From IMG/VR virus record IMGVR_UViG_3300032234_001062, positions 1 to 64,000 of that record: a stretch of DNA of 64,000 nt, one strand, 5' to 3'. The notes below the pieces were generated by a model, which was not told where the DNA came from, did not search any database, and saw only the letters and a list, made by a program, of their open reading frames with translations. The translations under genes and the position numbers were made by a program. This stretch comes from a virus. Lineage: Duplodnaviria > Caudoviricetes. This document shows positions 1 to 8,451 of this stretch, piece by piece (the first letter of the stretch is position 1; every line of letters begins with the position of its first letter).

Positions 1-2
1 AA

Positions 3-80
3 ATTTTATTATCTAATGATTATTTAAAGTTAAATGGTTATGAAGGTTCTTTTGTCGAAAAATTTATTCTCCAAAAGTGA
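3..80 (+). CDS. 3' end of a CDS entering from the left edge (…ILLSNDYLKLNGYEGSFVEKFILQK*)
   Basis: Only frame 3 is open from the window edge to TGA at 78-80; hand translated. Confidence 0.5.
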   Translation: MLLSNDYLKLNGYEGSFVEKFILQK

Positions 81-99
81 AAAAATAAGTTAAGCGAAA

Positions 100-474
100 A
101 TGTTTAAGATTTTTTTAGATGATATAAGAATTCCATTAGATGAGAATTGGATAGTAATAAAATCTTATGTTGATTTTATTTCTTTTATTAATTCTCATCA
201 ATGGAATTTAATTCAAGAAATATCTTTAGACCATGATTTAGGTTTAGAAGATGAAACAGAAAGAAATGGTTATGATGTTGCTAAATGGTTAGTAGAATAT
301 AGTTTAGATAATTCTTGTATCCTTCCTCTCATTAAAGTTCACTCTGCAAATCCAGTTGGATCAAAAAATATAATATCATTAATTAATGGATATTTAATTT
401 CTAATAATCAAGAACCTACTTGTATTTCTCATATAGTAGAATTAAAACGCGGCATAAAATTAAATCTAGATTAA
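100..474 (+). CDS. Cyclic-phosphate-processing receiver-like (cREC/REC) domain protein
   Basis: Motifs IFLDDIR.P, ISLDHDLG, GYDVAKWL and VHSANPVG match the phage cREC receiver family. Confidence 0.8.
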   Translation: MFKIFLDDIRIPLDENWIVIKSYVDFISFINSHQWNLIQEISLDHDLGLEDETERNGYDVAKWLVEYSLDNSCILPLIKVHSANPVGSKNIISLINGYLISNNQEPTCISHIVELKRGIKLNLD

Positions 475-500
475 ACATTTTTTATTTATTATGATATAAT
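472..500 (+). promoter_or_regulatory. sigma70-like promoter for the dNMP kinase gene
   Basis: TAAACA (472-477), 17-nt spacer, TGn extended -10 and TATAAT (495-500). Confidence 0.5.
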
Positions 501-525
501 AATAAATAAACGGATTAAGGTTATT

Positions 526-1056
526 ATGAAAAAGATAGTTGCTTTTTGTGGTGTAATTGGTTCTGGAAAAGATTATGAATCTAATAAGTATGTTGAACAA
601 GGATATAAACTAATTAATTTTGCTGATGCTTTAAAGAAAATTTTATTTAAAACATTAAAAATAAAAAATATAGATCATCAAAAGTATGAATTATTTAAAG
701 ATTCTCATTGGAATTCAATAGGTATGTTTCCAAGCGTTACAGGAAGAGATTTACTGCAATTAGGAAATTATGCAAGACATATAATAGATGAAAATATTTG
801 GGTTGATGCTTGGGAAAAATCAATTCAAAATGAATCTTTAATTGTAACTAGTGATTGTCGTTATTTAAATGAAGCTAAAAGAATTATTACATTAGGTGGA
901 GAAATATTTTTTTGTAATTATAAAAGTTTAAAATATAATTCAAAAACACATTTTGAATCTGAAAAATTATCGCAGGAATTAATAAAAAAAGGTTATCAAC
1001 ACGGTGATAATCTAACTGAATATTTTATAAAAAAAACTATAGATGAGGTAATTTAA
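526..1056 (+). CDS. Deoxynucleoside monophosphate kinase (T4 gp1-like)
   Basis: P-loop GVIGSGKD, then FADALK, TGRDLLQLG, NIWVD and SDCRYLNE. Confidence 0.85.
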   Translation: MKKIVAFCGVIGSGKDYESNKYVEQGYKLINFADALKKILFKTLKIKNIDHQKYELFKDSHWNSIGMFPSVTGRDLLQLGNYARHIIDENIWVDAWEKSIQNESLIVTSDCRYLNEAKRIITLGGEIFFCNYKSLKYNSKTHFESEKLSQELIKKGYQHGDNLTEYFIKKTIDEVI

Positions 1057-1338
1057 GTGAGTAAAGAAAAGAAACAAGAAGTAATAGAAGCTAAAAAAAT
1101 AGTTTTCCATTATGATGAATTAAAGCAAGGTGATCCGAAACAGTCGAACTATAATTGGATTAGTCCTAATTATAATCCTGGCTGTTTAAAGCGTTTAAAA
1201 TCGAGTGTTAATAAATTTAAAAAGTATTCTATTCAAAAAGAATTATTTTATATGCGTGATGGAAAAAAAGTTATTATGTCAGTAGGAGATATAATAAGTT
1301 TTACTTCACAATCCCAACTCCCGTCACAATACCTATAA
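1057..1338 (+). CDS. Hypothetical protein
   Basis: GTG start abuts the kinase stop; its 3' end overlaps the convergent lipoprotein gene; no recognisable motif. Confidence 0.45.
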   Translation: MSKEKKQEVIEAKKIVFHYDELKQGDPKQSNYNWISPNYNPGCLKRLKSSVNKFKKYSIQKELFYMRDGKKVIMSVGDIISFTSQSQLPSQYL

Positions 1339-1705
1339 TAAAACCAGCGCCTATTTTAGTAGAATAGTCAATTACTATTCCTGCTAAAGTAGGATCATAC
1401 TCTTCTCTTTCAGAATCAAAACAAAGATATTTTTCTTTTTCTTCTACATCAGAAAAACAATAAGTGGTATTAAATAAAGAATATCTTTGATCTACTCTTT
1501 CAATTTTTTTCTTTTCTACAATAATTATTTTAGAATTTCTAATATCTTCTAATTGTTTAATCATTTTAGAAATACATAAAAGACGATCTTTACTTTCTAC
1601 TATTTTAGAACAACCAACATTAAAACTAGGATTATACTTAGTAATCTTTTCTGAAGTACTACAGTTACTTAATAGTAGCATTAGGATTAGAACAATAGTT
1701 TTCAT
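1301..1705 (-). CDS. Lipoprotein with C-terminal hydrophobic helix; spanin candidate (u-spanin-like or o-spanin)
   Basis: Likely start is ATG 1705 (MKTIVLILMLLLSN-C, lipobox Cys15) rather than TTG 1720; C-terminus GAGFIIGIVTGVGIVK is hydrophobic. Confidence 0.55.
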   Translation of the reverse strand: MKTIVLILMLLLSNCSTSEKITKYNPSFNVGCSKIVESKDRLLCISKMIKQLEDIRNSKIIIVEKKKIERVDQRYSLFNTTYCFSDVEEKEKYLCFDSEREEYDPTLAGIVIDYSTKIGAGFIIGIVTGVGIVK

Positions 1706-2006
1706 CTCCACACCCTTCAATTATTTCATTAAAATTATTTTCTGATTTTAAATTTTTATAAATACAAGAATGTTGTTCAGCAATACATTCTAAAAAATTC
1801 ATGTCACTGCGATAACTAGCTTTAATTACCTCTTTTTTTACACTTTCTTTATAATGAAAAGAATGACAAGTAGTAAAATATTGATTAAAAATACTATAAA
1901 AAGAAAATAAAACTAAAAATCCAATTATGATTTTAGTTTTATTTTCTTTTAGAAAATTAAAAATAGCATCTCTAATAGGAATTAGAAAATCTAAATTAAT
2001 ATTCAT
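1665..2006 (-). CDS. Single-TM membrane protein with Cys-containing C-terminal domain; i-spanin-like candidate
   Basis: TM segment KIIIGFLVLFSFYSIF; 5 Cys downstream; GGAG SD; overlaps the lipoprotein gene start by 41 nt. Confidence 0.45.
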   Translation of the reverse strand: MNINLDFLIPIRDAIFNFLKENKTKIIIGFLVLFSFYSIFNQYFTTCHSFHYKESVKKEVIKASYRSDMNFLECIAEQHSCIYKNLKSENNFNEIIEGCGDENYCSNPNATIK

Positions 2007-2125
2007 CTATAAAACTCCAATTTTTGATGTAAATCTTCTTTGAATAAAACTTTATAAGTTATATATCCAGATAAAATTAATACTCCTAATATAAATTTAA
2101 CTTTATTATTAGTTAGCATTTCCAT
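2003..2125 (-). CDS. Small single-TM peptide, 40 aa, absent from the ORF track (MEMLTNNKVKFILGVLILSGYITYKVLFKEDLHQKLEFYR)
   Basis: ATG 2125 follows GGTGA; its TGA overlaps the next gene's ATG (ATGA); it fills the gap between two membrane genes. Confidence 0.65.
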   Translation of the reverse strand: MEMLTNNKVKFILGVLILSGYITYKVLFKEDLHQKLEFYR

Positions 2126-2471
2126 TAGTATCACCAGTACTGCTTTTTATTTTATTAATTAAAATTTTAGAACCATTTTCTTTTAAATAATCAATTACAT
2201 CTCTTAAACCTAATTCGTAAAGTGATGTACTCAAAAAATATGAATTTAAAAGTGATTTAACTTCTAAATCATCATTTCCTAAATATTTAATTGCAAAATA
2301 GTATAAAACACCTAATAAAATACTATTAACAGCTGTTAAATAAACTTTTTTTACTTTTTCAATTAATTTAGAATAAATTCCTAAACCCCATAGAAAATTA
2401 TTTCCAAAAATAATTAAACATATAAAATAAATATCAAAAGTTTTTTCAAATAATCCAATTAAAAAATCCAT
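2109..2471 (-). CDS. Holin-like multi-TM membrane protein
   Basis: 120 aa with 2-3 hydrophobic segments and a charged C-terminal tail; GGAGA SD; first gene of the membrane cassette. Confidence 0.5.
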   Translation of the reverse strand: MDFLIGLFEKTFDIYFICLIIFGNNFLWGLGIYSKLIEKVKKVYLTAVNSILLGVLYYFAIKYLGNDDLEVKSLLNSYFLSTSLYELGLRDVIDYLKENGSKILINKIKSSTGDTNGNAN

Positions 2472-2491
2472 ATTATTTTTTCTCCATATCT

Positions 2492-2501
2492 TATTTTTAT
2501 G
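2492..2501 (-). promoter_or_regulatory. CATAAAAATA motif (putative late promoter)
   Basis: Lies 6 nt upstream of the GGAGA SD of 2109..2471. Confidence 0.45.
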
Positions 2502-2537
2502 TATTTTAAAAATAAAAATATCTTTTTATTATAAAAA

Positions 2538-2547
2538 CATAAAAATA
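2538..2547 (+). promoter_or_regulatory. CATAAAAATA motif (putative late promoter, leaderless)
   Basis: Lies 6 nt upstream of ATG 2554; no SD. Confidence 0.45.
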
Positions 2548-2553
2548 ATTTAT

Positions 2554-3657
2554 ATGAATTTATTCAGCTATTTTTCTTCAAAAAATTATAATGATTTTAT
2601 ACAAATAAATCAATTTTACATTTATAAACAATTATTAGATAAAAAACAAACTGAATCTTTATTAAAAAAATATGATAATTTAGATTTATTTACTTATAGT
2701 CAATTAGAATTATATGCTGATCATCGAAAAGATAAAATCATACAAACTATAAGAAATGATTTAAAATTAGATATGAATTCAGATTATGATTTTTATGTTA
2801 AAAATAGTAAAGGAAATGTAAGTGAAAAAAATAAACTTAATTTATCTGATAACGTTTTTTCAAGAGTAGATTACTCAGATAAACCAAGTTTAGTTATTTT
2901 AAAACCTAAAATAAAAAAAATTAAAAATTTTACTAATTTAAATCAATTAATAGATAAAAGTCCTAATATAGGATTATATGTTCATACTGTAAATAAAATG
3001 ATAATAGTTATCGGTTATGATAATTTATTAATGGATGATTTATATAACTTAGAAAAAGATTATATATTTCCAATTTTATTTTATGGAATAATTTCTAATG
3101 TTGATAGAATTAAAGAACCAATACCTTTTCAAGGATCATTCGTTAATTTAACCGTTGTAAGAAATGATGTTTCTGGAAGAAATATTTTATATCCTATTCT
3201 TGGATATTTTAGTAATAATAATGTTTTAATATCAGATAGAGATTCTATGTCTGATCAAGCTCAAGGCGTTTGGAATCATTTTTATTTTAAAAAAGAAATA
3301 TTTGATATAATTGATCCAATAGATGATGTTTATAAACCAATTACTCTTAATCGTTCAGAAGACGATGGTAGATTATTTACTGATGATAAAGCAATAAATA
3401 AAAATTCTGAATATAATATTAATTCAATTAAACAGTTATCAGATGAAAAACAATTAAAACTCCTTCGAGAAATTAGAAAAGAGGATCCTTATAATTGGGC
3501 ATATAAATTAAAAAGTGAATATATAACTCTTTCATCGCAAATTGTAGATGAATTAGAAAAAAGACACGAACGTTTTTTAAAAGAAAAAGATGACCCATTT
3601 GGTTTTCAAAATAAATTAATAAAATTATCTAAAAAATTATTTGATAAAAGATATTAG
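2554..3657 (+). CDS. Hypothetical protein with a possible GNAT-like acetyltransferase region; possible packaged head protein
   Basis: GRNILYPILG…LISDRDSMSDQAQGVWNHFY resembles the G..LY…L.SDR.S.S..A..VW motif of phage GNAT-like proteins. Confidence 0.4.
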   Translation: MNLFSYFSSKNYNDFIQINQFYIYKQLLDKKQTESLLKKYDNLDLFTYSQLELYADHRKDKIIQTIRNDLKLDMNSDYDFYVKNSKGNVSEKNKLNLSDNVFSRVDYSDKPSLVILKPKIKKIKNFTNLNQLIDKSPNIGLYVHTVNKMIIVIGYDNLLMDDLYNLEKDYIFPILFYGIISNVDRIKEPIPFQGSFVNLTVVRNDVSGRNILYPILGYFSNNNVLISDRDSMSDQAQGVWNHFYFKKEIFDIIDPIDDVYKPITLNRSEDDGRLFTDDKAINKNSEYNINSIKQLSDEKQLKLLREIRKEDPYNWAYKLKSEYITLSSQIVDELEKRHERFLKEKDDPFGFQNKLIKLSKKLFDKRY

Positions 3658-3783
3658 GATTTAAAATTAAAAATTTATAAATAGTATGATTATGCTATTT
3701 TTAATGCTAATCTCTTAGCCCTGGTTAGACCTTAATACTAATTTTATAATTTTATATATAGAATTAAACAGTGATAAAATAAC

Positions 3784-4227
3784 CTATTTAGTACCAATAC
3801 TTCTAACTATTTCGTCTAAACGATTATGAACTCTAACTAAACCTTCTCTAAATTCTTGATGTAATGAACTTTCAATTTTTTTAATTTCACTTTTATTACT
3901 TTCTACTTCACGATCTAAAATATTTAAAACTGTTTTAGTACTCTCTACTTCTGCAATTTTAATTCGATTTTCTTGAAGTACATTGTGGGTTTCACCAATA
4001 AAACGATCTAATTTTTCTTCTATTCTTTGAAGTTTTACATCTAATTTAGTGCTATTACTTTCAGATTGTTCTTCAATTTTATAAATTTTACGATCAATTT
4101 CTTTTCTTAATTCATCTACGTTTTCTTTTGAAACTTGATTAATAATATATTTCATTGATAGTAATATTAAAGGAACTACGCAAATATTTAAAATATTTAT
4201 AATAGTTAATACTTCTTTAAAATCCAT
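3784..4227 (-). CDS. N-terminal TM plus long coiled-coil membrane protein (holin/spanin-like)
   Basis: ILNICVVPLIILSM-type hydrophobic N-terminus followed by a charged heptad region; AAGGA SD. Confidence 0.5.
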   Translation of the reverse strand: MDFKEVLTIINILNICVVPLILLSMKYIINQVSKENVDELRKEIDRKIYKIEEQSESNSTKLDVKLQRIEEKLDRFIGETHNVLQENRIKIAEVESTKTVLNILDREVESNKSEIKKIESSLHQEFREGLVRVHNRLDEIVRSIGTK

Positions 4228-4323
4228 TTTAAATCCTTAAAGTAATTATAATATTTTTTATTTTTTAAGTAAAAAATTATCTTTTTTTTTTATTTATAAA
4301 AAATTTTAAACATGTATAAAATT

Positions 4324-5793
4324 TTAAAGAGTTAAAACAATTACACTTTTTGCAGGAGTAGAGCCATTACTGTTATATAAAATATCTCTAAAAAAAGAAT
4401 TTACACTTGGAGTATCTGAAATAGATATTCGATTAGATGTACCAGCAGAACCACTAGGTGATGGTCCGATTCCAGTTAAATCAATTACGCTAGCATTAGG
4501 AGATAAATTAGTACCGTATTGACTAAATAACCAAAGAGATCCTGTTTGAGCTTTAGGTCCATTTGATAATCCTCCATTAATTCCACCTTTCCCTGGTTTA
4601 AAAATAGTAGTAGCATCAATAGTTCCTATACAAAAGATAGTTAAATGAGTTCCTCCTGTAGAACCACCAGGAGCTCCATCTCCACCTCTACCACCAGTTT
4701 GTCCAGGTGAACCAAAAATTGTTGGATCTTGTATTCCTCCTGAATAAGACGCTCCTTGACCTCCTGCTCCACCAAAAGTAGAACCTCCTGGTGAACCTTG
4801 ACTAGGAGCAGTTATATTATTATTATTTGGAGTTCCTATACCAATATAATTAATTGTTAATGATTGAGCAGATCCACCTGATGTTCCAGATGTTCCCCAG
4901 GCTCCAGGACCACCAGAACCTCCTGTTTGAGTAGGAGAACCAACAGAAGTTCCTCCACCACCTGCTCCTCCACCTCCTCCGCCTGCTAATAAATATCCAT
5001 CTCCTCCTGGATTTCCGTTACCAGAATATCCTCCAGTAGCAAACCATTCTGTGCGTTGCCCAAAATTTGGATCATAATATATTGCTCCTCCAACTCCTCC
5101 ACCAGCTGTTCCTCGACCACCTGGACCACCACTACCACTATTAATACCATATTCGATTGGCATAGATGATGCTGATCCGCCAGTTCCATTAGTCCATCCT
5201 GGAGATCCAAGAGTTGGTGCAGCTCCAGCGTATGGAGCAGTTCCAGGAATTCCTGGAAAACCACCTAACCCTGTTCCGCCTGCTCCTCCTGGACCACCTA
5301 CACCTCCTAATCCACCATTAACACCATTAGGAGAAGTAACAGTTCCTCCACCTACGATATTTCCTCGCACTATGAGTGGAGTTCTTATAAGATTTAAAGT
5401 ACAACCTGTAGGTATTGTTAAATTTCCTTGAATTTCTAATATTGACCAATCATTAGAATTACCACCTCTTACAGTTATTACTGTATTAGTTCCAGTAATA
5501 GTAAAATTATTAACAATTCCTCTTTTTCCATTTAAATTAAATGTTGTATTAGTTCCAATAGAAATACTATTAAGAGCTTCACTAGGTTTCAAATCATAAG
5601 TAAAATTATTTATTTTTATTTTTAATTCTTCAGTGCTTTTATTGAACCAAATATTAGTAGTATTTTCTTGTTGCGGAGGAACACTAGATATCGCTAATTG
5701 TTGATTAAATTTTACTGCTTTATTGATATTTATACCAGTAGGTGTATTATCTATGTTTTCTATTTGAGAAAAATCAATTGAAGTAAGAGCCAT
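4324..5793 (-). CDS. Glycine-rich (polyglycine-II-like) putative tail adhesin, paralog 1
   Basis: GGxGGxGG runs separated by aromatic loops; conserved core SMPIEYGINSGSGGPGGRGTAGGG shared with 6965..8437 and 8452..9963. Confidence 0.65.
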   Translation of the reverse strand: MALTSIDFSQIENIDNTPTGININKAVKFNQQLAISSVPPQQENTTNIWFNKSTEELKIKINNFTYDLKPSEALNSISIGTNTTFNLNGKRGIVNNFTITGTNTVITVRGGNSNDWSILEIQGNLTIPTGCTLNLIRTPLIVRGNIVGGGTVTSPNGVNGGLGGVGGPGGAGGTGLGGFPGIPGTAPYAGAAPTLGSPGWTNGTGGSASSMPIEYGINSGSGGPGGRGTAGGGVGGAIYYDPNFGQRTEWFATGGYSGNGNPGGDGYLLAGGGGGGAGGGGTSVGSPTQTGGSGGPGAWGTSGTSGGSAQSLTINYIGIGTPNNNNITAPSQGSPGGSTFGGAGGQGASYSGGIQDPTIFGSPGQTGGRGGDGAPGGSTGGTHLTIFCIGTIDATTIFKPGKGGINGGLSNGPKAQTGSLWLFSQYGTNLSPNASVIDLTGIGPSPSGSAGTSNRISISDTPSVNSFFRDILYNSNGSTPAKSVIVLTL

Positions 5794-5797
5794 AATT

Positions 5798-5807
5798 TAT
5801 TTTTATG
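5798..5807 (-). promoter_or_regulatory. CATAAAAATA motif (putative late promoter, leaderless)
   Basis: Lies 4 nt upstream of ATG 5793; no SD. Confidence 0.4.
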
Positions 5808-5830
5808 TATATATATAAAAAAATTTTTTT

Positions 5831-6448
5831 TTAATAACTCCAGATAACAGCACTATATTTTATTCCTTCAGTTATTTGTTTTGCTTCATGAGGATGAGTA
5901 TAACCAGATGGAAAAACGAGTACATCTCCTATTGAAGGAGAAATAGTAACATCTTGTCTTGGAAAATATGTTTCTCCACCTTTAAAATTATCATTTAAAT
6001 AAAATATAAAAGAAACAGATCTTTTAACTTCTAAATTAAAACCACCATCCACATGTTCTTTATAATAATTATTTCCTTCATATTTTAAAATCTGAAATCC
6101 TTCATCTCCATTATATCTGAAATGAGTAGTAACTTCATTATTATAAGTATATTTATAAATTTTCATTAATTGTTCTATGCATGTTTTAAAAGCATATCCA
6201 AGAATTGAGTGAGCTTTAAACAATTCAGAATGAACTCCAAAAATTTGTGTTAAATAAATTATTTGTGTTTTACGATAATCTTCTACATTTCCAAATGTTT
6301 TTGCATCTTCCCATTTACAACGTTTTTCAATTGTATCAATTATGAATTCACAATCGTTTTTATTAATAACATTTTTAAAAATTATTATATCTTTATTATT
6401 TTTATGTTTATACTTAATTGGTGATTCTAATTCATAATAATTATCCAT
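5831..6448 (-). CDS. 2OG-Fe(II) oxygenase, prolyl 4-hydroxylase-like
   Basis: QILKY…YKEHVD (HxD), RSVSFIFYLND..KGGETYFP, HPHEA (distal His), GIKYSAVIW (2OG-binding Lys). Confidence 0.88.
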   Translation of the reverse strand: MDNYYELESPIKYKHKNNKDIIIFKNVINKNDCEFIIDTIEKRCKWEDAKTFGNVEDYRKTQIIYLTQIFGVHSELFKAHSILGYAFKTCIEQLMKIYKYTYNNEVTTHFRYNGDEGFQILKYEGNNYYKEHVDGGFNLEVKRSVSFIFYLNDNFKGGETYFPRQDVTISPSIGDVLVFPSGYTHPHEAKQITEGIKYSAVIWSY

Positions 6449-6455
6449 GATTAAC

Positions 6456-6968
6456 CTACTTATTATCTTTTAAATTATTATATAATAGTAAATATATGTT
6501 TTTAGCTTCTTTTAAAGAAAATTCTATATATTGTTTATCCTCATTATTTTTAATACATTTTAATTTTATTTTTTCAAAATTTAAAATAATTTGACTCATA
6601 ATATTTATTTGATCTTCTAATTTAAAATCAAATATATAAGTATCTTCATTTAAATTTAAAAATAAAAAAGAATCATTTTTTACAGGTATAGATAAATTAT
6701 TATCTTGTTCTGGATTTTCTTTATAATAATTTTCTAAACTTTCTATTGCTCTTTTTCTATCATCTTGTTTTTTTAATGATTCATTTAATGATATTTGTCC
6801 AGTATTAAAATCTAATAAAGGAAATTTAACTTCATCATCAGTTAAAACATATAATCCAAGATATTTTTTATAAGGTTCTTCATAAATACCTTGAATAAAT
6901 TTTAAATCTTCATTTCCATCTTCTTTTATTGTTAAATATACATTATAAGGTTTTTTAATTTCTTTCAT
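6456..6968 (-). CDS. Putative tail-fibre assembly/chaperone-like protein
   Basis: Coupled (ATGA) to the upstream Gly-rich gene; …LEDQINIMSQI… weakly recalls DUF4376-type fibre chaperones. Confidence 0.35.
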   Translation of the reverse strand: MKEIKKPYNVYLTIKEDGNEDLKFIQGIYEEPYKKYLGLYVLTDDEVKFPLLDFNTGQISLNESLKKQDDRKRAIESLENYYKENPEQDNNLSIPVKNDSFLFLNLNEDTYIFDFKLEDQINIMSQIILNFEKIKLKCIKNNEDKQYIEFSLKEAKNIYLLLYNNLKDNK

Positions 6969-8437
6969 GGATAAGTTATTGCTACTTTTACTTTTGCTGG
7001 TGTAACACCACTTGCTTCATATAATATTCCAGTAAAAAAATTAGAAACTTCAGTAGAATTACTGATTGCATATCTATTAGAAACACCATTAGGTCCAGTA
7101 GGAGTACCACTAGCACCAGTTAAATCAATTCCAGATATAGTTTCAGATCCTGTAGGAGTAAATAACCAAAGAGATCCGGTTTGAGCTCTAGGAAGAGAGG
7201 TGCTTCCTCCTGTTAATCCGCCTTTACCAGTTCTAATGTTTATAGAAGTAGATATTGGTCCACCTGAGTAAATAGAAAGATGTGCTCCTCCTGTTCCTCC
7301 ACCTGCTCCACCATTTCCGCCAGCACCACCTGGTGAACCATTAGTAGGTAAATCATCGCTTGTAGGTGCATACCAAGTATTATATCTACCACCATTACCA
7401 CCTGCTCCGCCACTAGTTCCAGAAGTACCTGACATAGAAGATGTAGGGGTACCTATACCAGTATAAGGAGTAGATAAGACACCAACAGGTCCACCATTAG
7501 TTCCAGAAATCCCTGTAGCAGCAGGACCACCAGGTGGTATACTAAGTGGAGTAGAACCAGAACCGGGTGTTCCAGGACCACCTGCTCCTCCACCTCCACC
7601 ACTTATCATTATAAGATAATAACTAGATTCTGGTCTTTCATTATAACCACCACCACCTGGATTTCCATTACCAGATGATCCACCAGAAGTTGCTGTAGAA
7701 TTATAAGAAGAATATCTATGTCCACCACCACCTCCACCGGCTGTTCCTCGACCACCTGGACCACCGCTACCACTAGAAATGCCATATTCGACTGGCATAG
7801 ATATAGCTGATCCACCATTTTGATTTGGCCAAGTTGAAGGTGAATTAGTTCCTGGTTGACCAGTACCAGTTCCTGGAGTTACATTATTACTCATGTAATA
7901 TCCATTATAGCCACCAGTTCCACCTGAACCACCTACACCAGCAGCTCCACCATTGGTCCCATCAGGAGAAGTAATAGTACCATTACCAATTATAGATCCT
8001 CTCACTATTAGTGGTACTCTCGTTAATCTTAAAGTGGTTCCACTAGCGATGTTTAAATTACCTAATATTTCTAAATTAGACCATTGTGCTCCACCAATAG
8101 CACTAGACCTAATTTCTAAAACTGTTCCACTACCTGATATAGTTAAATTATTAATTACTCCAGTACTTCCATTAAGAGAAATAACACTAGAAGTAGAAAC
8201 AGATATGTTATTATAATCTATTTGAGGAGATAAATCATAAATTACTGAATTAACTTTTATTTTTAAATTATTAGATATTGAATCTACCCAAATTGTTCCA
8301 TTAGATTCATTAACTGTAGGTGTTTTAGTTGGTAAAATAACTTCTTGATTTAATATTGTTGTTTTATTAATATTTATAGTGTTACTAGTTTCACTAGCGT
8401 TTTCAATTTCATTAAAATTTAATTTTGTAAGAGCCAT
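6965..8437 (-). CDS. Glycine-rich putative tail adhesin, paralog 2
   Basis: Same architecture as 4324..5793; MALTKLNF N-terminus; SMPVEYGISSGSGGPGGRGTAGGG core; LPRAQTGSLWLF C-terminal block. Confidence 0.65.
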   Translation of the reverse strand: MALTKLNFNEIENASETSNTININKTTILNQEVILPTKTPTVNESNGTIWVDSISNNLKIKVNSVIYDLSPQIDYNNISVSTSSVISLNGSTGVINNLTISGSGTVLEIRSSAIGGAQWSNLEILGNLNIASGTTLRLTRVPLIVRGSIIGNGTITSPDGTNGGAAGVGGSGGTGGYNGYYMSNNVTPGTGTGQPGTNSPSTWPNQNGGSAISMPVEYGISSGSGGPGGRGTAGGGGGGHRYSSYNSTATSGGSSGNGNPGGGGYNERPESSYYLIMISGGGGGAGGPGTPGSGSTPLSIPPGGPAATGISGTNGGPVGVLSTPYTGIGTPTSSMSGTSGTSGGAGGNGGRYNTWYAPTSDDLPTNGSPGGAGGNGGAGGGTGGAHLSIYSGGPISTSINIRTGKGGLTGGSTSLPRAQTGSLWLFTPTGSETISGIDLTGASGTPTGPNGVSNRYAISNSTEVSNFFTGILYEASGVTPAKVKVAITYP

Positions 8438-8451
8438 AATTAATTACCTTT

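Noticed and set aside
3706-3745. tRNA (TAGCCCTGGTTAGACC resembles a D-arm)
   Set aside because: No T-loop (GTTCRA), anticodon arm or acceptor stem could be formed.
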